Source: Octopus vulgaris (lineage: Eukaryota). Taken from it: a stretch of DNA of 64,000 bases. The stretch covers positions 31,496,001-31,560,000 of the forward strand of contig OX597832.1 in assembly GCA_951406725.2 (NCBI GenBank), read 5' to 3'. The translations under genes were made by a program, and so were the position numbers. The notes beneath the pieces are model-generated. The model was not told the origin of the DNA, did no database searches, and was given only the letters and a program-made list of their open reading frames with translations. Numbering within the stretch: the stretch's first letter is position 1; each line of letters begins with the position of its first letter. This document shows, one piece after another, positions 52,047 through 64,000 of the stretch.

Positions 52047-52582
52047 TCCCAGGCGAACTATCGTACCCCACAAGTCCTTCATAGTGTCATTCATGAATAA
52101 GATTACAGCCTTCTCACTGTTACGAAATTACAGCAAATTATTGGGCAAGGAACCATCCCTCCACAGTAAAATGCGGAAAACCAAGGGGAAAGGCTTTATG
52201 TAAGCGCTCAGCATGCTGGAAATAGTAGCGAAATCTCTGTCAAATCTCTAATATTCTCGAAAAGGTGCACACGCTGATTGATGTGGTCGTGTGTTGGCTG
52301 TTTATTCAGGTGGAAAAACCAGAGGTGAGCTGGATCAGGACTGACCTGAGGTCAAATGAGAACAACAACAACAACAACAAGATGAACAACAGCTGCTGGA
52401 GGAGCATCAGAAGGAAAAGTCAAAAACGAATCGGAGAGAGAGAAAGAAAGAAAGAGAATGAAAGGGGGTAGGAGAGAGAGAGAAGAGAAAAAGAGAGAAA
52501 GAAAGAGAATGAAAAGGAGGGTAGGAGAGAGAGAGAAAGAGAAAGAGAGAGAGAGAAAGAGAATGAAAGGGAGGATAGGAGA

Positions 52583-52616
<34 letters not shown>

Positions 52617-53419
52617 AATAGAGATAGAGAGAGAAGGCGTAGCGAACTAAATACCGGAAACAAATAAAAATGAAACATAACTTTGACCGGAAACACATCT
52701 GGTTGCGTTCTGCAACATTTCTCTGTCGTTTCGTAATTAAATTTATGTTTTTGCTTTATTTCATATTTTATGTTTTTTAGAATAGATTTTTTTTAGCAAT
52801 GAAATATGGCGATATAATTTCTATTATGGCGTCTAACTGTAGCGATAAACGACGCCACCGCCATGACCACCACTTAGACTGGTGTCAATTAGCAACACTA
52901 CTATCACTGCCTTTATTACCACAACTACCACCACCACCACCACCTCCAAGAACAACAACAACAAGAGCAACAGCAGCAGCAACAACAATAGCAACAACAA
53001 CAACATCAAATGTAAATAATGTAAATAATGTACGTAATTCCTCATCTCTTGAATATAGAACATCACCACAATCAACGGCATTACTGCCACCAGCTCTTTC
53101 ACTATCACCATCACCACCATCAGCAGCTATACCCCCACCACCATCACCCCACCACCATCACTATAGTAAGAGCATGAACATCACAACTGCGAGCGTCCTG
53201 ACCAAAGCCATCACACCGTTCGTTCTATGACTATGAACAACTCATTAACCGGATTCGTTAAGCTTAATTCGTCTTTCACTGTTTGGTAACGGAGCTAAAG
53301 CCCACAGAGTGAAGCCGATCGGCACAGACTGACCTCGAACTCTGTCCTGCACGCATCCTTGGTTACAATGCTCTTGCTCTCACTTCTGTTGTTTATGGCA
53401 GGGCCTGGAAGTGAAGTGT

Positions 53420-53782
53420 GTAGAGTTTCGTCATCTCAAAATGAAGAAAGGGTTTCAGCGGCACAGGATCTCTTTGATTGGGTCAAGGAAGATGAAAACC
53501 TTTTGAAAACGGTCATCACAGGTGACGAATCATGGGTCTATGGCTATGATCCCGAAACCAAGCCTTGAAAGGAATCCCACTTAAAACGAGCAAGATTTCA
53601 AGAATATGACGAGGCAGCTGTTCGCTTTCCAAAAACAGGATTTCCAGGAATGCTTCCATCAATGGAAAGGATGCTAGATATAAAGCCTGTGGCTTTGGAA
53701 GGGGTCTACTTGGAAGGAGATTAAATGATATCTGCTTTAGTTTTCTTTTTATAGCAACAGTTCCGATAACTTTTCAGACCTT
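53420..53782 (+). mobile_element. Mariner transposase remnant (left boundary uncertain)
   Basis: LKTVITGDESWVYGYDPETK (first catalytic D motif) and a C-terminal FQECFHQWK...EGVYLEGD*, with a large internal deletion. Confidence 0.85.
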
Positions 53783-53959
53783 TAATTTAATTTAATCAGA
53801 CTTCATATGTTTTCGATCCAACAAGCCGGCAAACAGATGGGAAACTATAAGAATACACGAAACCACAATATAGATTTCGCAACATCGTAAAACTGATTTT
53901 ATGCTTAAAACCAGTTTTACATCTCCAAATAGTGCATCCATCCGAAGAACGCAGCGGTT

Positions 53960-54900
53960 CTTGTGGTGGTGCGATGGAAACTTGTTTGGAAATGATAATT
54001 AAGATATAATAATGAGTTAATGGCAAACTAATGTGCAGATACAAAAGTGAAAATGATAAAATCTAACACCTTCTCTGTTAGAAGTGAATATTTCAGGAGT
54101 CTGTCCCTCCACTTTATTCTGAATAGTGCTGACAAATTTGACCAACATATTAAAATAAACTGGATTCAGATATAAGATGCATTCAGCTTCTGCAGATCAT
54201 AATTAACTAAAAACAGTACTTCGGATAGTAAACAGAGTTACTTAGGAAATTGATTGGAAATTTGGATTAGAAAAATGCGTCAAGGAAACCTTGAAGGATG
54301 GGGGATGGGGTGGATAATAAGTTAAGCACGTTAGGATTATGTTAAATGAAGAAATAAAGATAATTGCATCGCATACGAAGAAATCACTGAATTAAACACA
54401 ATAGACACACGTTTATTAAATAAATTTGTAAAGAATATTACCATTGCATTAGTTTAAACCAGTGCTTTTCAAACTTTTTGCTGGAGCGGAACCCCAAAGG
54501 AAACATTCCACTGGCTCGAAGAACCCCTGTGCAATAATTTAATAGTCTTATGCACACATATCTGCACAGGAGAATTAAAAATTACTGCCGATTTTAGCAG
54601 TTTTGTAACTTCTTGCGGAACCCCTGGACTGTACTGGCGGAACCCTGGTTGAAAACCACTGGTTTAAACATTTAACAGAGAATTAAATACAAGATACAAG
54701 CTAATAGACAGGGATACATTAGCTGTCCCGATAATAATTTGTGATATCCTTAACTAAACGTGAAATAAGTTAGACTAAACGGGGAAACGTGAAAAGTAGC
54801 GACTGCATTTCGACTGCATTTAGACGCAGAAATGATATTCTATTTTCTCACAAATAGAAAGAGCTAAAGGTCTTCTAAAGCTAGAAAACTAAAACAGAAC
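53960..54900 (+). mobile_element. Highly decayed R4/Dong-like reverse transcriptase fossil
   Basis: Residual motifs IFQ near 54088, KFGLEKC near 54257 and TLAVPII near 54715; many stops and frameshifts. Confidence 0.5.
54460..54661. mobile_element. Young hAT MITE, 202 bp
   Basis: Perfect 8-bp TSD gtttaaac (54452-54459 and 54662-54669); TIRs cagtgcttttcaa / ttgaaaaccactg; subterminal gcggaaccc repeats. Confidence 0.92.
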
Positions 54901-55302
54901 TAATAAAGCATAGAAGGCACGTATTAACAATTCAAAAAGCACACAAAACAACTGTTAATTTCACTTAAACATTTATCAATCGGTGACAAAATTTTCGTCG
55001 CATCAACTACGACCTGGTCACTGACATGGTTCCACTTCAATGCACTTTCTCTGATCAAATCATTCGCCTGGCAAGTACTTCTAAAATAGAATTCTATCGA
55101 CCGTAGAGCTACAAATATATTCAATGAATATCTGCTGTAGAACAAAAAAAAAATAATGATAATGGTTTTGAAACCAACAAATACAATACAAACTAAAATG
55201 GGAGAATTGTGAGGAAAAACCAAAACGAACACAAGAAATTGTGAAATAACTAAATGCTAGGTGAAAAGTTGGGGTACAAAATGCTTTGCAAAGAAACTGG
55301 TA

Positions 55303-55611
55303 CTCCGTCGGTTACGACGAGTGTTCCAACTGACTCGACCAACGGAAGAGCCTGCTCGTGAAATTAACGTGCAAGTGGCTGCGCACTCCACAGACACGTG
55401 TTCCCTTAAGATAGTTCTCAGGAGTATTGAACACGAAACTAGATGTGACAAGGCAGGCCCCATTTGAATTACTGGTACCACTCATTTTTGCCAGTTGTGT
55501 GAACTGGAGCAACGTGAAATAATGTGTTTTACTCAAGGACACAACGCGTTACCAGGAATTGATCTCACGACCTTGTTGTCGTTAGCCGATTACTCTAACC
55601 ACTAGGCCACG
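55303..55611 (-). mobile_element. SINE family C, full length
   Basis: Minus-strand head gtggcctagtggttagag...gagatcaattcc, then gtgtccttgagtaaaacac. Confidence 0.85.
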
Positions 55612-55614
55612 TAT

Positions 55615-56137
55615 CCCCGAAAGGATGAAAGGCAAAGTCGACCTCGGCAGAATTTGAACTCAGAACGTAACGGCAGACGAAATACCTATTTCTTTATTAC
55701 CCACAAGGGGCTAAACACAGAGGGGACAAACAAGGACAGACATAGGTATTAAGTCGATTACATCGACCCCAGTGCGTAACTGGTACTTAATTTATCCACC
55801 CCGAAAGGATGGAAGGCAAAGTCGACCTCGGCGGAATTTGAACTCAGAACGTAACGGCAGACGAAATACCGCTGAGCATTTCGTCAGGTGTGCTAACGAT
55901 ACAGCCAACTCGTCACCTTTATAAGGGTTTCAAATTTTTCCACAAGGGCAAGACTTTTGGGGGAGGGGATGAGCCAATTACATCGACCCCAGTACGCAAC
56001 TGGTACTTATTTTATCGACACCGAAAGGATGAAAAGTAAAGTCGACCTCGGCAGAATTTGAACTCAGAACGTAGCGACGGGCGAACTACCACGAAGCATT
56101 TCGTTCAGCGCGCTAACGATTCTGCCACCTCGCCGCC

Positions 56138-56138
<1 letters not shown>
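55615..56138 (-). mobile_element. SINE family B, three tandem or nested copies
   Basis: aaagtcgacctcggcagaatttgaactcagaacgta occurs three times; head ggcggcgaggtggcagaatcgttagc lies at the right end. Confidence 0.9.
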
Positions 56139-56217
<79 letters not shown>

Positions 56218-56339
56218 GTGTCCTTTAATACGTGGTTCCCCAAATTATTCTAATTCTTGTTTTATGAGAGGAAACTCATAATGTGTTTCTGAAGCCACGT
56301 AATCTCACCTTCCGAAAACAGCAGCAGCAGCAGCAGTAT

Positions 56340-56341
56340 TT

Positions 56342-56375
<34 letters not shown>

Positions 56376-56768
56376 CAGCACCAGCACCAGCAGTAGTAGT
56401 AGTAGTAATAGTAGTAGTAGTTGCAGTAGTAGTAGTAGATGAAGAAGAAAAGAAGAAGCAGGAACGGGAAGAGGAGAAACACAAGAAAAAGAAGAAAAAA
56501 GTAGAAGGAGGAGGGGGAGGAGAAGAAGGAGAAGAAGAAGAAGAAGGAGAAGGAGGAGGAAGAGAAGAAGAAGAAGAAAGAAGAAGAAGAAGAATGAGAA
56601 GAAGAAGAAGAATGAGAAGAAGAAACAAGGAGAAGAATGAGAAGAAGAAGAAGAAGAAGAAGAAGAAGAAGAAGAAGAAGAAGAAGAAGAAGAAGAAGAA
56701 GAAGAAGAAGAAGAAGAAGAAGAAGAAGAAGAAGAAGAAGAAGAAGAAGAAGAAGAAGAAGAAGAAGA
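56340..56768. repeat. (TAG)n then (GAA)n microsatellites
   Basis: Direct inspection; pure GAA from 56641 to 56768. Confidence 0.95.
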
Positions 56769-57046
56769 CTGAAAAGAACTGACCATCGAAAAATCAATAG
56801 CGATAGATGAAAAGAAGCAACTCCTGGAGCCAGGAATCGGCAATCATTGATATGCGAACGAAATAACATCGGAATACATCCGGGTCCTGAACCAAAGGAA
56901 CAACAACAACAACAACAACCAGAACAATAATAATAATAACAATAATAATAATAATAATAATAATAATAAGGAGGAGGAGAAGATGAAGAAGAAACGCAAA
57001 GTGTTACATGTGTAGGTTAACTAAGTTAATTTACTGAATAACCATG

Positions 57047-57091
<45 letters not shown>

Positions 57092-57260
57092 AGAGAGAGG
57101 GAGAGAAAGAGAAAAGGAGAAATGGAGAGAGTAAGTGTGTTTGATTCCAGCCAGAGTCTTTAATCAATCTTGATGCAAGTTTTCACAAAACCCAAACCGA
57201 AAAAAAGAAGCAAAAAACAAGGAAGAAACAGAAAAGAATAAAAAAAAGCGGTTGCGCCTG

Positions 57261-57425
57261 GGCGTAGGCACGGCATGTGTGGTTAATAAGTTTGCCTTCC
57301 AGCCACGGGGCTCCGGGTTCAGACCCGGTGCGGGACACCTTGGGTTAACTGCTTTCTACTATAGGTCAGGAAGGACTAATGTTTCGCCGGGGTATTTCGT
57401 TGACAGAAACTGAACGGAAGCCCGT

Positions 57426-57521
<96 letters not shown>

Positions 57522-57779
57522 CACATGCATGCACGCACACACACACACACATATATATATGTGTGTGTGTATGTATGTGCATTGCATGTTCCCTGCATCA
57601 CTTTGAAACCCGGTACTAGTTTGTTTACGTCCCTGTAACCTAGGCGTTCAGCATAAGAGAGCGATAAGTACGAGATTTTAAAAGAAGTTAAGTAACGGGG
57701 GCTGATTTGTTCGACTAAACTTTTCAAGGCGATGCCCCAGCGTGGCACAGCCCTATAACTTGCACGAACAAAGAGTAAA
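57261..57779 (+). mobile_element. SINE family A, diverged, with expanded internal (CA)n
   Basis: ggcgtaggcacggcatgtgtggttaataag...ccgggttcagaccc...tgtttacgtccctgtaacctag. Confidence 0.75.
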
Positions 57780-58295
57780 CTCAGGAAAAGAAGAAAGGAA
57801 AGAAAGAGAAAACTAATAAAGATGGCGATATCGAAAATTGCGGAACGGAGAAAATGGCGGAAAATAAAATGAGAAACAGAAAACAAGATTTTCTTAGTCA
57901 GCGAAAAAGAAAACTAGAGGCGATGGTAGGAGGATAGGGAAAAAGGAGTAGGAGGAGAAGGAGGAAGGAAAATTTGTGGAATGGAAGAAGAGAGCAATAA
58001 ATATTAAGAAACTAGAATATGAAGACAGAGAGGAAGTGATCTTGGAAATAAAAGGAAGAAGTATTATAACAATTGATGTTGGCATCGGAAAAGAAAACAA
58101 ACACAAAAGAAAGAAACAAAGCAAATAGGAAAAAAGAAAAGAGAAAACCAAATGGGGAAAAAAGAAAAAACGAACTCTAAAAGGGAAACGGTTTTGGTTA
58201 AGATATAAGTAAATTTTTCAATCAGAATTATTGAGTTTGAAAAACAGAAATGGCAAAAACATCATCTTTTGGGGCGGAAATATATCAATACGGAC

Positions 58296-58920
<625 letters not shown>

Positions 58921-59433
58921 TATCAATAAATAAATATATGAATAACAAAGGCTTTCGTATTTCATGTTACACCAACACCAGCAGCACCATCTTTGGCACT
59001 ACCACTGCCGCCACCACCATCACCACCCGGGGCACTACAACCCCCACAACCACCACCATCACCATCACTTATACTGGCACCGCAAATATCCTCTACCTCC
59101 ATCAACACCCACCGCCACCTTCCCGCTACAACCACCACCTCGACAACCCGCACCAAATGGACGCCACCACTATCTCCACTACCACCACCACCACCACTAC
59201 TAACAACAATAAAAACAACTTCATCACCACTAAATCCACTACGTCACTATCACCATCGTCGTCGCCACCATCGTCAAAAGTTCAAACCAGAAAGTGGTTA
59301 TTCAATCTGCTAGACATAGCAGGAAATTATACCTAAAATCTCAACCGACTGTCTTTAAAAGGGTGAAAAGAAGGACTGGGTTTTAAGAGCTGGAACACCT
59401 TCGAACCTACTATTACTACTACTATTATTACTG

Positions 59434-59487
<54 letters not shown>

Positions 59488-59509
59488 ATACTACTACAAA
59501 AATATTGAT

Positions 59510-59703
59510 TTCTATCGCAGACACAAGTTTCAAATTCTTGTGTCTGTAGGGAGGGGTTTAAATCGATTATATCGACCCCAGTATTTAACTGGTATCTTAT
59601 TTTATCCATCCCGTAAAGTTGACATTCGAAGTTGATTATGGCGGGATTTGAACAAAGACCGTTAAGAACCGAAAGAAATACCGTATATCATTTTGTCTCG
59701 GGC
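59510..59703 (-). mobile_element. SINE family B, decayed
   Basis: atcgattatatcgaccccagtatttaactggta...gggatttgaac. Confidence 0.65.
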
Positions 59704-60390
59704 ACAAAGTCGGTGATGGTGGTGGCGTTAGTGGTAGCGTTGATGGTTCGAGTGGTGGTGGTGGTTGTGATGGTGGTGTTGAAAAACTCTTACAACTCTC
59801 CACTACCAGATACTCAAAACATGTGACCTGATTACGAAACGAATCTTCTCTGTCACCAAACTGGACCATATTAGTGATTAGAAGCGCGAAAAAGTGACGG
59901 CGAGTGACCAAATGACTATCAGCCGACTTTTGAAACAGCCGTCTCTGCTGCCATTTGACGCCTCCTCCATGTTTCGTTCAGTCCGGTATGAGAGGGTGTG
60001 GAACTTATCCGTGTTTGTTCACGATAATATAAGCATCTAAAACATAGCCAAAGCATAGCACAGACTACAAGGATATACTCTCTTGCGAGCGACAATCAAT
60101 TTGACGTACATACATATATACATTCAGACACATATACATACTACATACACACGCAGATACATACATACATACATACATACATACATGCATACATACATAC
60201 ATACATACATAGACAGACACATGCACACATACTCATATATTAATATATGCTTGTATGTACATACCTATTTCTGTATACGTGATGCATACCACACAGAAAT
60301 ACAAAGTCTACATACGGATTTGGAATACTACAATAAGCAGATGAGCTTCAAAATGGCTTGAATTTTAACTCTCTCTTTCTTTCTCTCTAA

Positions 60391-60426
<36 letters not shown>

Positions 60427-60663
60427 GTATGTATTTCTCCGTTTTCCCTCGTTTGGACTTTTTCTATATTCCCGATGGAGAGCGCTTGAAACTTGAAATC
60501 CTCTTTCTTTTCTTTCCTTTCCTGAGCGTCCAATAACACTGTACTTGTACCACGTCCTCGCGTTGTTGTTTTTTCTTGCTTGTTCGTGTCTGGATTGATT
60601 AAATATATATATATATATATGGATGCATACATACATCGATACACACACATATACATACATATA

Positions 60664-60711
<48 letters not shown>

Positions 60712-60741
60712 TACATATATACACACATATACATACATATA

Positions 60742-60787
<46 letters not shown>

Positions 60788-60808
60788 CATACATCGATAT
60801 ACATACAT

Positions 60809-60942
<134 letters not shown>

Positions 60943-61459
60943 GTTTGAGTGTATGCGTGTTTGAAGATCAGAGCGACGTGAGACACAAGTCGCTTGACAA
61001 AACCTCGGCTTTCATTTCAATGAAAACTCTATGCTTGCATACATATACACATACATATATGCATGTGTGTATAAGTGTATTTATGTACATGCATGTGTGT
61101 GTGTGTGTGTGTATGAACATGTATGACGTGTATGAAAGTATGTCTGGTTTTTGCCCTTGAGTCCCATGTCAGCCTTGTTCTAGCAAACTTATGATCGAAG
61201 ACGTTCCAATAGTGGCCTTCGCACTTTCTTTTTCAAACATAATGCATCTAAAACAAAACCATTAAACGCGTTTTTCTCTTTTAAAATTCCGCAGTGTGAC
61301 TGGAGGGAGAGTTGGTTACAAATTCTACCAAGTAAAACTATCAGCTGCATGTTATCGAGTTAGTTTGCGCATGCGTGCTTGCATACTTCGTGTCCGTGTA
61401 AGGGCGTACATATGTACGTGCTTACATATGCACGCGCTCGAGAACGTGTACATATTGAT

Positions 61460-61665
61460 TTCAAAACTTTTGTACAAGGCCTGTAATTTCGGGAGAAGGC
61501 GCTAATCGATTACATCGACTCTCAGGGATCGATTGGTACTCATTTCATCGACCCCTGAGAGAATGAAAAGCGACGACGGTCACGACGGAATTCGAGCTCA
61601 GAACACAAAGACAGACGAAATGCTGCTAAGCTTTTTTTCCAAGCACGCTGACGATTCCGCCATCT
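61460..61665 (-). mobile_element. SINE family B, decayed
   Basis: atcgattacatcgac...tggtactcatttcatcgacccctgagagaatgaaaagc...gacagacgaaatgctgctaagc. Confidence 0.7.
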
Positions 61666-62455
61666 TGTCGCGCGGGAACGTGTTTATATTAAAGCACGCA
61701 GAATATTTTGCTGTTGCTGGAAATGTGCCTGTTGAAGTAGGTTTGCATAGCTGAGATAATTAAATATTCAGTAAGGCTTCTGTATTGGCTGTTTATAATA
61801 TGTTAGTGTTTATATCAAGGGTCTTCTTCAATTGACTTAGCTATATTTGTTTAGATCGTGACTTCAGTTTAATAAGATGTCCTTCACATATTCTTGCAAG
61901 ACATTCCATCAGTCTGTTCTTTCTTAAACACTTTAGCTTAGCAACATTAATATATTCAGGTTGCTCGGTAAACTGACAAGATGTCGTTAGAAAGAAGGAG
62001 CGACTTAATATTAAATTGGTTAAAGGCATTTTATTTATTTATTCTATAGCGTATTCACTTAACCCTTTATATGAATAGCGAATTACAAATATTGTATATA
62101 CATACATAACTATACATACATACATACATACATACGTACGTACTTACATACATAGATACATACATACATACATACATACATACATACATACGTACTTACA
62201 TACATACGTACATACATATACGCAAAACTACACACACACATACACACACTCATATATATACATATACATGTATATGTCTGTAACAATATATCAATATCTT
62301 TCTATATGTATTACATATATAATGTATGTGGGCAAGTTTATATATATATATGCATATATATGCGGATAAAATATAAGGTTGTATACATACATACATAATT
62401 AATAAATAATACATACATATATACATATATATATATATGCTTATAAGTGTGTATA

Positions 62456-62514
<59 letters not shown>

Positions 62515-62807
62515 ATGCGTGTGTGTGTGTGTGTATTTATGTATGTATGTCTACGGATACATGTCGACATATATGTGGGAAAGTGCAAACATGTATCTGT
62601 ATGTATGTGTGTATGTGTGTATGTGTGTATGTGTATATTCAGGCACTCTTACGCATGTGCGCGTGTTTGTAACATACGAATATGTGAATGCGTGTTTGGA
62701 TCAGCAATGTGTGTGTGTATGTGTGTTATCGCTGCATTAGGCCGAGAACAACCATCTTCTCACGAAATATTACTATAATTCCACCCTAAGGCCAAGAAGA
62801 TGTTGGC

Positions 62808-62904
<97 letters not shown>

Positions 62905-63708
62905 GTGGAGGTGGTGGTGGTGGTGGTTGGTGTTAGTCATATTGTTCTTAGTGGTATTAAAATGGCGCATAATGACGCGGAGCAGGTGCTTGCAGTTGTG
63001 GTTTCGCGCTGGTGTCGGTGGTGGTGGTGTCGTTGATGCTTGCGCTGGCGATGGTGGTGTTGGTGTTGGTGATGGTGGTGTTGGTGGTAGTGTTGGTGGT
63101 GGTGGCGTGGTGTTTATGGCGATATTGTCGTGCTGTGGTATCGCTGTTGTTATTGCTGTTGTCGTGGTTTCATAATGGAATGCGATGCTGTAGTGGTCAG
63201 GTGTTGTTGCGGTATTGCGGTGGTTCTGTGGTGTAGTTCCGGTGTTGTTGTTGTTGTGTTGATGTGGTAGTTGCGGTTGTAGTTTTGTGTTGTGTCCCTG
63301 GCGTTGGCGGATGGCAGCTGTTGTGATGTGTTGTGTCTGTGTTGTTAGGTTCTGTAGCGTTACGACGTTTTGGCGTGGTCGAATGTTGCGTTGTGGCGGT
63401 CATTATGTTCCGGTGGTAGTGGTCGTGGTAGGAGTGGTTTTGGTGCCATAGAAAGAAAACTAAAAACAGAAATGGATGGCAGGGAACGAAAGGAAAGATA
63501 AAGAAGAATATAAGAAAATATGAAGAGGAAAGAAGGTGGAAGAGGAAAAGGAGAAGTCATAGTAGAAGTAGTAGTAGTAGTAGTGATGACGAGATTAAGA
63601 GTAATAAGTGGAAGAAATAGAATTTTAGGGGAGAGAAATGGAAGAAGATGGGAAAGAGATTGAGGGAAACGGATTTTATATGTTTACACACTTATGAATA
63701 TATGGGTG

Positions 63709-63800
<92 letters not shown>

Positions 63801-63805
63801 CTGTG

Positions 63806-63836
<31 letters not shown>

Positions 63837-64000
63837 GTTTGTCTGTCTGTTTGTCTATACGTGTGTTTGTACGTTGTTATATAGATATTTGAGCGTGCGT
63901 GTGTATATATATATATATACATGCGCACATACATACATATACATATGTGTGTATATATGTACACACACATATACATATATACATACATACATACATATGA

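Noticed and set aside
52310-52324. 15-nt micro-exon (ttcag|GTGGAAAAACCAGAG|gtgagc)
   Set aside because: Lies inside a decayed copy of the dispersed ctagaaatagcagccaaat repeat; likely chance.

Overview
Eukaryotic, AT-rich, microsatellite-saturated non-coding DNA. The SINE repertoire and the density of (TA)n, (CA)n, (TATG)n and (TAA)n suggest an octopus (coleoid cephalopod) intron or intergenic region; this is recognised from memory, not searched. No intact protein-coding gene is supported, and nearly all listed ORFs are microsatellite translations. Mobile content: three tRNA-headed SINE families; fragments of RTE, CR1 and R4/Dong-like LINEs, the latter sitting in (TAA)n; maT and mariner remnants; hAT and Tc1/mariner-type MITEs; and a Helentron-associated-like element. 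Beyond the repeats, four things stand out. (1) A phased array of T-box-like AGGTGTGAA motifs at a 22-24 bp period, coupled to a bZIP/Maf-like TTACGTCAGCA, at 24.3 kb, with the same unit recurring at 28.7 kb. (2) Clusters of RFX X-boxes at 38.7-41.0 kb. (3) Many hammerhead-ribozyme motifs, one apparently intact (50746-50806) and one carried inside a tRNA-headed SINE (9587-9884). (4) A nest of (TAA)n-targeted retroelements. All calls were made by eye and repeat boundaries are approximate.
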